In this document: positions 47,759 through 55,107 of the stretch, in pieces
Layout: every line of letters begins with the position of its first letter
How positions within the stretch are numbered: the first letter of the stretch is position 1
Origin: Patescibacteria group bacterium
Lineage (GTDB): Bacteria; Patescibacteriota; Minisyncoccia; Phycocordibacterales; CAIZLB01
Direction: 5' to 3'
Assembly (NCBI GenBank): GCA_040384445.1
Contig: JAZKJG010000004.1
Coordinates: 1-55,107, forward strand
DNA: 55,107 bases
Notes under the pieces: model-generated
What the model saw: the letters and a program-made list of their open reading frames with translations, nothing else
What the model was told of the DNA's origin: nothing
Database searches by the model: none
Program-made: the position numbers and the translations under genes

Positions 47759-47830
47759 GCCATAATAGTTCAATGGATAGAACAGTCCCGTCCTAAGGGG
47801 TAGATGTAGGTTCGATTCCTACTTGTGGCA
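47759..47830 (+). tRNA. tRNA-Arg (anticodon CCT)
   Basis: Acceptor GCCATAA/TTGTGGC, anticodon stem GTCCC/GGGGT with loop GTCCTAA, and T arm GTAGG-TTCGATT-CCTAC. Position 32 is G, which is unusual. No CCA is encoded. Confidence 0.8.
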
Positions 47831-47844
47831 CAAAATAAAAGCAT

Positions 47845-48567
47845 ATGACAACTCAACTAAATACTGTTAAAAAATCGAATATAAGTAAAATAATTTTCTT
47901 AACATTCATAACTTTACTAACAGTTTTCCTTTCATATTTTGCATACACTCAAACGAGTGTGCAGATGCGGTTTATAAAGAACAGTACTCAATCATCGGGA
48001 AAAGTAGTTTCTTTGAGTGAAAGTAAAAACAGTGACAATCGTATTATGTATTCTCCTGTTGTAGAGTATACAAATAGAGATGGAGAAATCCAAACATTTA
48101 CTTCTGCATTGTCAAGTAATCCTCCCGGATATGAAATAGGGGATCCAATAGAAATTTTAATACCAAATGATAACAGTATTCCACAAGTAAATTCTTTTAT
48201 GAGTTTATGGATGGCATCAATTATCTTAAGTATTTTTACTCTAGTTTGTCTATGTGTACTTACGTTGTCAATATATTCATCAATTTATAATTCGCGAACT
48301 CATAAGCAACTTATGAAAGAAGGAATAAAGATTCAAGCAAAGGTTATGTCTGTAGCTGAAAGTACATACTCTAAAGAATCAACATTGAGTTGGGCAATTT
48401 ATGCACAGTGGTTAAATCCTCAAGACAATCTGGTTTACAACTTTGATAGTGCAGATATTTATTATAATCCAAAAGAATTTGTTGGAGACACAATTGATGT
48501 ATTGATTCTTCCTCAGAATCCAAAAGTATATGAAATGGATATTTCAAAATTACCTGCCTCAGCATAA
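47845..48567 (+). CDS. Membrane protein with two DUF3592-like domains
   Basis: TM segments flank the pattern GKVVSL...YSPVVEYTNRDGEIQTF.S...SNPPGYEIGDPIEILIP, and a second copy follows. Confidence 0.6.
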   Translation: MTTQLNTVKKSNISKIIFLTFITLLTVFLSYFAYTQTSVQMRFIKNSTQSSGKVVSLSESKNSDNRIMYSPVVEYTNRDGEIQTFTSALSSNPPGYEIGDPIEILIPNDNSIPQVNSFMSLWMASIILSIFTLVCLCVLTLSIYSSIYNSRTHKQLMKEGIKIQAKVMSVAESTYSKESTLSWAIYAQWLNPQDNLVYNFDSADIYYNPKEFVGDTIDVLILPQNPKVYEMDISKLPASA

Positions 48568-48571
48568 ATAA

Positions 48572-48608
48572 AAACACCGCCGGACCAAATGAGGTCCAGC
48601 GGTTTTTT
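48572..48608. terminator. Bidirectional hairpin terminator
   Basis: CACCGCCGGACC-AAATGA-GGTCCAGCGGT is flanked by A- and T-runs. Confidence 0.6.
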
Positions 48609-48648
48609 GCATCACCTATACGGATGATGCGAGCTTCTGTGATGAAAA

Positions 48649-49851
48649 TCAGAGAAGTGTCAGAGGAGAAGGGAAATCTTCAGTATCCAAAAGATTCTTT
48701 TCCCACCCGCGTCGAATTTTCAAACCTTTGTAGGGTGTTACGATTCTCTTCCCGTTTTTGTAAGTGATCACATTGCAGTATTTAACCAGGTTCTTCTTTG
48801 TCTCTTCCATGTTGCCATCGTTGAGACGACCAGGAGAAGCGATGAGAGATTTCAGATTACTTTTGCCAAGATTATGGCAGAAGGAATAAAGTCCAAGGAT
48901 TTGATATCCATTGAGTTTTACGTTAGGATTCACAACTTCCTTAACTTGCGCTAGGTATGTTGGAATCGTAACGTCCTGAAACCATGCATCAGCCTCATTT
49001 TTTGTGAGGCGTTCGGGAAGGGCTGATCCTTTCGGAAGAAACCCATACATAATAGCTTCACTGATCTCGGCGTTGGTGATTCCGTATCCTACCTGATTCA
49101 CACCAGGTTTGAGTGGATCAACCGCTTGGATGCTAACTTTTGTTTTTCCTTCTGCCAAAGGACGATTCTCAAAGAGTTTGATTTCGTTGATTTTATCCTG
49201 AGGCAGTGAAGAGAAATTCCAGTTGGTTCCTTTTGGAGTAGTGTTGACACTGGCAGCGAATGTGAGTAAGGCATCAACTTTTTTAGATTCGGTTTTGTTT
49301 TGGACAGTACCAGAAATAAAAAGGATGACTGTAATGATTACAGGTCCAACAACTTTCGTAGTGACATCAACTACTTTTTTGAAAAAGCTAACGTCACCAA
49401 GAATTGTCTTGTTGATGGAGTCACACATCATATTCATGAGGTGCACCCCGATCCATACTCCGAGAAGGAGAATTAATTTGGTCGTGAGACCTGGAGCAAT
49501 CGCAGGGAAGCGTTCGCAGATAAAAGTATCGAATGGGGTAAGGTAGCCTACTCTAAACGAAAAACTGATACCTGCAACAACCGCCAAAAGAAGTGCTTCC
49601 ATGCAGAATGAAAGGAAAAACTTCCTGTTCATTCTGCAAAAATAATTTCCCATACCCCACACGCTTACACTTAGGAAAGTGAGGATAGTTGACGTAGCGT
49701 CTTTCTGCATCATCAGCAGCAATTTACCGAAGATGATGAATGTAAGGGCGTAGATGATCCCCTGAACATAAATTCCAGGCCGAACCTGATTCACTTTTTG
49801 ATTTTTCATAAGCGTCAATGTACATTTCCACCAAAATAACCACATGGTCAT
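48649..49851 (-). CDS. Polytopic (about 5 TM) membrane protein fused to a C-terminal GH24 phage-lysozyme-like domain, GC-richer islet G
   Basis: The C-terminus reads FENRP...AVDPLKPGVNQVGYGIT...LTKNEADAWFQDV...LNGYQILGLYSFCHNLG...RLNDG...KGLKIRRGWEKNLL, which follows the FE..(x)D....G...GYG.T / L...Q..AL.SF.FN.G / GL..RR..E pattern. It ends in TGA. I prefer the ATG at 49851 over the track TTG at 49869. Confidence 0.7.
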   Translation of the reverse strand: MTMWLFWWKCTLTLMKNQKVNQVRPGIYVQGIIYALTFIIFGKLLLMMQKDATSTILTFLSVSVWGMGNYFCRMNRKFFLSFCMEALLLAVVAGISFSFRVGYLTPFDTFICERFPAIAPGLTTKLILLLGVWIGVHLMNMMCDSINKTILGDVSFFKKVVDVTTKVVGPVIITVILFISGTVQNKTESKKVDALLTFAASVNTTPKGTNWNFSSLPQDKINEIKLFENRPLAEGKTKVSIQAVDPLKPGVNQVGYGITNAEISEAIMYGFLPKGSALPERLTKNEADAWFQDVTIPTYLAQVKEVVNPNVKLNGYQILGLYSFCHNLGKSNLKSLIASPGRLNDGNMEETKKNLVKYCNVITYKNGKRIVTPYKGLKIRRGWEKNLLDTEDFPSPLTLL

Positions 49852-49916
49852 TTTCCTCGTACCGCACAAATATGGCGGATTTTGTTGAAGGTAACAGTTG
49901 CCTGTTAGGTGTGTAT

Positions 49917-49945
49917 ATTATACCATTTATAAGTAGTAAAGTCAA
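49917..49945 (-). promoter_or_regulatory. Near-consensus promoter (islet promoter P3)
   Basis: On the minus strand, ACTTGACTTT is followed by 17 nt and TGGTATAATATACACA. The 16 nt at the -10 are identical to P1 at 21129. Confidence 0.6.
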
Positions 49946-50015
49946 GTTATGAAAACGGGGAAATATTCATACACCACAAGCCTAATCTGTGCTATTATCA
50001 GAGCAACTCAAACCT

Positions 50016-50897
50016 ATGTCTCTCATCATTGATACAAATAAAACTAAAGATCTTGAATATGTTCTTTTGGATTCTGGCAACGGACGAAAACTTGAATCAT
50101 ACAACGGATACATTATGGATCGTCCAGATCCTCAGGCTTTGTGGCCTAAAAAACTAGAATCAAAAGATTGGGAAAAAGCAGACGCAGTCTTTATGGAGAA
50201 AGCTACAGGCAAACGAGAAGAACGCGGTGAATGGAAAGTATATAAAGACTTACCAGAACATTTTCATATTAATTTTTTTGATACTCTAAAAGCACAGGTA
50301 AAATTATCTCCATTTAAACACACAGGAATTTTTCCTGAACAATATGCAAACTGGAAATTTATTGATGAGAAAATAAAATCAGCAAACCGAAAAATAAAAG
50401 TTCTAAACCTTTTTGGATATACAGGATGTGCAACACTTGTTGCAGCACATGCAGGTGCTGAAGTTGTTCATGTGGATGCATCAAAACAGTCGATTAGCAC
50501 AGGAGTTGCGAATGCAAAAATGTCAGGTCTCGAGGATGCGCCAATTCGTTGGATCCTTGACGATGCATTTGCATTTGTAAAAAGAGAAATCAGAAGAGGA
50601 AATACATACGACGGAATCATTATGGACCCACCATCATTCGGGCGTGGTGCAAAAGGTGAAGTCTGGAAACTTGAAGATAGTTTTGTAGAATTTGTTGCAG
50701 AGTGTACGAAGCTTCTATCTACACAACCTTTATTTTTTATTGTAAATGGGTATGCTGCCGGGTACTCACATATTGCGTATAAGCAAAATATAGATATGTA
50801 TTTGGGGAATATACAAGAAACTGAGAGTGGTGAATTGCTTATAAAAGATACTGTAGGTAGATTTTTACCTGGTGGAATTGTGGCGAGATGGGGTTAG
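50016..50897 (+). CDS. Class I SAM-dependent methyltransferase (RlmI/PF10672-like)
   Basis: VLNLFGYTGCATLVAAHAGAEVVHVDAS...IIMDPPSFGRG matches the family. I prefer the ATG at 50016. Confidence 0.75.
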   Translation: MSLIIDTNKTKDLEYVLLDSGNGRKLESYNGYIMDRPDPQALWPKKLESKDWEKADAVFMEKATGKREERGEWKVYKDLPEHFHINFFDTLKAQVKLSPFKHTGIFPEQYANWKFIDEKIKSANRKIKVLNLFGYTGCATLVAAHAGAEVVHVDASKQSISTGVANAKMSGLEDAPIRWILDDAFAFVKREIRRGNTYDGIIMDPPSFGRGAKGEVWKLEDSFVEFVAECTKLLSTQPLFFIVNGYAAGYSHIAYKQNIDMYLGNIQETESGELLIKDTVGRFLPGGIVARWG

Positions 50898-50915
50898 GTA
50901 CGTGATATACTTTTA

Positions 50916-53900
50916 TGTATTATGAACATGAAAAGTATGGCAAGATTTTTTTTACTCACAATCATTTTTTTTATTGCATCAACTGCGAGCGCTGATATTA
51001 CTACAGGACTCGTATCGCGTTTCTCTTTTGAGGAAGTGTCAGGAACTTCAGTTGCAGATACAAGTGGAAATTATAGAACTGGTATTATTACTGGCGGAGC
51101 ATCAAGAACTGCATCAACACCCACGTCACTCACTGCATCAACGCAATCAATTGTGCTTGATGGTGTAGATGATGAAGTTAAAACAGTAAATACCGTTTCA
51201 ATGTCTACTCTGTTTTCTGCAGGAGCGTGGGTGTACAGAACTTCAGGTGGAGGAGGTGTCGTAAGAACACAATACAACGATTCATTTGCGTTGTATTTAA
51301 ATGCAGGAGGACTTGTGGTTTGGCAAATTGACGGTAATCCTTATTTTTCTACTGGCGTAGTTCCGTTGAATACATGGACACATGTCTTCGGAACATGGGA
51401 CGGAACTAATGCAAAAATATATATCAATGGCGCGTTAGATGTGAACAGTGGAGATGTATCAGGTGTGATGACTTTGTCTTCAACAAATTATCCAATAACT
51501 GTTGGTTCTGTTTTTGACGGACCTGTAACATTGTTCACGGGAAGGATCGATGAAGTTCGAGTATATTCAAGAGGTCTCTCAGGATCTGATGTGACAGAAT
51601 TATATAATGACACTGGTGTTATTCCACCTGATTCTATTCCTCCTGTCATAAGTGCTGTCGCATCATCAACATCAATCAGTTCTGCGACAGTTACATGGAC
51701 AACAAACGAAGGTGCTACGAGTACTGTAAATTACGGACTTACTACTGGATATGGAAGTGCTTCAACATCAGCAACACTCGCAACCTCACATTCAATTGTG
51801 TTATCAGGTTTGACTTCAAGTACCTTGTATCATTTTCAAGTTTCTTCTACAGATGCAAATGGTAACAGGTCAACCTCGACAGATTATACATTTACAACCG
51901 CAACTCCTGATCTGACTGCGCCTGTTATTTCATCAATTGCAAGTACTACTGCAACTACAACTGCTACCATCACATGGACAACGGATGATTTGTCAGACAC
52001 TCAAGTTGAATACGGCGCAACAGCATCTTATGGAAATACAACAACATTAGACAGTACTGCAACTACGAGCCATAGGGTTGTTATAACTGGACTTACTTCT
52101 GGAGCTACGTACCATTATCGTGTGCTATCACGAAATGGTACAGCAGTTCTTGCATCTTCAACTGATAAGACGTTTGTGGTTGCGACTCCCGGGCCAACAG
52201 CTCCAACATATGTGGGTGCAAAAGGTGTTGCATCAGATCAAATCAACCTTGTTTGGCACAGGTCTATTGATTTAGATGGTACGATTACATCGTATAAAGT
52301 ATATAGAAATGGTGTATTGATTGCGACATTGAATCCGGTGACATATATCGCACCATATGAAGATACAAGTGTGAACTATTATCAAGATCGAGATGTGGGC
52401 CCTAACACCGCATATAATTACTATATTGTAGCAAGAGATTCGTTGGGGCTTGATTCTCCTATTTCAGCTACTGTCACAGGAACCACAACATCAGGAAGCC
52501 AAGAACTCATTCCTACAATTCGACGTACTGATTGGGAACCTGGAGTGACAGTTGGAGTTACTGGTGGTATTGATCAATATATAAGTGGAAGAACAAATTT
52601 AATTGATGTAACACAATCTCCCTACAATGCTGATGATACTGGAGCAACTGACGCATCTGCTGCAATTCAAGCTGCGATAAATGCTGCAGGTAACGGTGAT
52701 GTTGTGTATATGCCAGCAGGAACATATAGACTTGAAAATAGTTTGTATGCTCAAAATAAAAGTAATTTTACATTACGAGGAGCAGGTAGAGATCAAACTT
52801 TTATTGACGCTATATCTGGCTCTATTAGTTTAAGAGGAACAGGTGTAGAGATTTTGTACCCAATTGCTCCGGTGCTTTCAGGTGCATATAAAGGTAGTAC
52901 TGAGTTTACTGTTGCCGATGTATCTTCATACAATGTTGGTGATATGGTTTTTATAAATACACTTAACGATTTTGATCTGCCTGTAATTGCTCCAAATGGT
53001 GGTTCAAGACTCAGAACTCAAATGTCACGAATCACTGCTGTCTCAAGTGGAAGTAATACGATTTCAATTTTTCCAGCAGTGATCCAAGATGTGCATCCAA
53101 CAGAAACTACTGTCATGGCTATTCCGAGTGTTCAAATGGTTTCAAATGTGGGACTTGAAGATTTTTCTTTTGATGCATCTAATGGTGCTGTACAGGTGGG
53201 AATTACACTTGATGGTATATACAACAGTTGGGTAAAAGGAGTAAAGGTTTCTGGGGTTTCAAATTATGGAATTAGAGTGGCGAGTTCATTGAAGTGTGAG
53301 ATTAGATACAGTGAAGTAGAATTTGCATCTGTTGGTAGTAATAAGGCAGGATTGCTTTCTGGAAATATGAACAGCTGTCTCATTGAAGACAACGCGTTCA
53401 TTGATGCTTTCCCTGTAATTGAAATTAATGGATCGGTGGGAAATGTTATTTCATATAACTATATGATTGGAAGTAGTAATACGAATCATGGTCCATACAG
53501 TGACTACAACTTGTATGAAGGTAACTACGCACAAGAATTTAAATCAGATGGATATTATGGAGGAGAAGGGAATGCAACATATTTTAGAAATTATGTGAGT
53601 GGATTTTTTGTAGGAAAAAGATTTTCTCGAAATTTTAATTACATTGGTAATATTGCTACTAACTATAGTTTTGGTCAGCCAAACATTGGAAATGGATCTA
53701 GTGATGGATTTGCGTTACAAAGTCAGGGTCAGTATTGGAAAGATTGGAATCCAACAGATGGTCCAACGATTGCTGGAACTTTTACGAAAGCTTCAAGTAC
53801 TGCTGGGTCGATCAATATTGATTCTCATGAAAATGCAGTACGAATGTTTGAGTATATGCAGGATCTTGGCTGTACAGGGACCGCAACTGTTATGGTTGGA

Positions 53901-55107
53901 TGTTATCACCCTGCGAGTTTAGACTGGGGGTATGGTAGAGATGATGATCAGTTTAGGTGGACTATTGCTACAGCTATTGATCTTACAACTGACACCATTC
54001 AACTATCTGTTCTGTATCCATCTGGTGTTGCGTTACCTAACAGTGGAACGTATGCAGGTCTATGGCCACGTTCAGAAGGTTTGCAGGAATTAGATATGGA
54101 AGTTAACCTAACTTCAATTAGAAAAAATAACTATATTGTTGATGGTATTCCAGCCATGGAAGCTCTTTCAAATGGGGAAACTGTGCCTGACAGTTTGTAT
54201 TACGATAGTAAACCAGGTTGGTTCTATAATCTTAACTGGCCAGCCTTTGATCCTTCTCAACCGACTCCTACTGCTGCAAGTATTCCTGCCGGATATAGAT
54301 ATTTAAATAACGGTCTTGATCCTGGAGGAGTGGATTCAACACCTCCATCAATTTCATCAATCGCATCCTCGACATCAGTAACTAATGCGACTGTGACATG
54401 GACAACGAATGAATCTTCAAACTCACGCGTTGCATATGGAACAGTTTCTGGAACATACTCAACAACTGCAGTTTCTGGAACAATGACGACTTCTCATACA
54501 ACAAACTTAACTGGTCTAACTGCAAATACCGTGTATTACTTTGTTGTTTCGTCTACCGATTCATCTGGAAATGCGGCAACATCATCTGAACGAACTTTTC
54601 GTACAACCACTACAGACACCACCTCCCCAACCATTTCCTCAATTGCCTCATCAACCACAAACACAACAGCCACCATCACCTGGACCACAAACGAAACAGC
54701 CTCATCTTCTCTTGCATACGGAGTAACAACTGCATACGGTGCCACCTCATCATCTGGATCTTTCGTCACCTCTCACTCTGTATCACTTACTAGTTTGTCA
54801 CCATCTACCACCTACAACTATCGTATTCATGTATATGACTCATCAGGGAACCTGACGAGTTCATCAAACCTAACCTTCACCACAACATCAGGTGTAGACA
54901 CCACCGCCCCCCTCATCACCAACATCGCAACCTCCTCAACCGACACCACCTCAACCATCACCTGGACCTCAAACGAAAGTGCCTCATCATCACTCCTCTA
55001 CGGAACAACAACTAGTTACGGTGCCACCTCATCATCTGCAACACTCACAACCTCACACTCAGTTACACTCACATCACTCACTCCATCTACCACCTACAAC
55101 TACAAGA
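50916..55107 (+). CDS. Giant secreted protein, 5' partial (over 1397 aa, runs off the right edge): LamG + 3 FN3 + pectate-lyase-fold beta-helix + at least 3 FN3
   Basis: It is not in the ORF track. I translated every codon from the ATG at 50916 to 55106 by hand and found no stop. It has a signal peptide (KIFLLTIIFFIASTASA) and a LamG domain (FTGRIDEVRVYSRGLSGSDVTELY). The beta-helix N-cap is NADDTGATDASAAIQAAINAAGNGDVVYMPAGTYRL. The FN3 repeats carry WTTNE...Y..V.S.D..GN motifs. Confidence 0.9.

Noticed and set aside
50974-54769. Track ORFs 50974..51168, 51071..51277, 53644..53922, 54536..54769 and 54541..54726
   Set aside because: All lie inside the 50916 to beyond 55107 reading frame, which I verified to be open throughout. 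The last two arise from the C-rich, stop-poor composition of the terminal repeats.

Overview
This is a 55.1-kb chromosomal window from a low-GC, gene-dense bacterium. My hand counts give about 39% G+C in core genes. It opens with the last ~60 nt of a 16S rRNA that is followed by its own terminator and no 23S. It then carries about 50 CDS, 3 tRNAs (Ile-GAU, Thr-UGU, Arg-CCU) and many hairpin terminators.

Recognisable core genes are rplY, rpmE, prfA, rpsB-tsf, gpmI, eno, dnaX, rnj, lepA, a dus-type gene, a transketolase C-half, a pfkB kinase, an FtsB-like gene, a glutaredoxin-like gene, an FKBP gene, two ABC systems and glycan-synthesis genes. The accessory content is mostly cell-surface machinery:
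- A five-gene operon (514-8668) looks like a Firmicute-type WxL/DUF916 cell-surface-complex locus extended by an adjacent dockerin/cohesin pair. This is my best candidate for an undescribed system.
- A type IV pilin with Ser/Gly/Asp repeats lies next to a Dpm1-like GT2 plus PIG-V-like membrane glycosyltransferase pair.
- Three phage-derived envelope-attack modules sit in housekeeping context: a tail-fibre-like protein with an S74 chaperone domain, a polytopic-membrane GH24 lysozyme fusion, and a LamG/FN3/beta-helix giant.

The last of these (50916 to beyond 55107, 1397 open codons) is missing from the supplied ORF track because it runs off the window.

Three window-wide signals stand out. The 16S tail lacks the CCUCC anti-Shine-Dalgarno and no gene start has an SD. 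Many start codons sit 7-10 nt after a -10 box, which suggests leaderless mRNAs. About seven short GC-richer islets (47-49% G+C) have their own near-consensus promoters, long leaders, GC-rich terminators and a strong preference for TGA stops. Islet ORFs end in TGA in 5 of 8 cases, against 1 of 42 core CDS.

Gene content and architecture suggest a Patescibacteria/CPR-like organism, but that is inference. All homology calls come from motif recognition by eye, not from searches.
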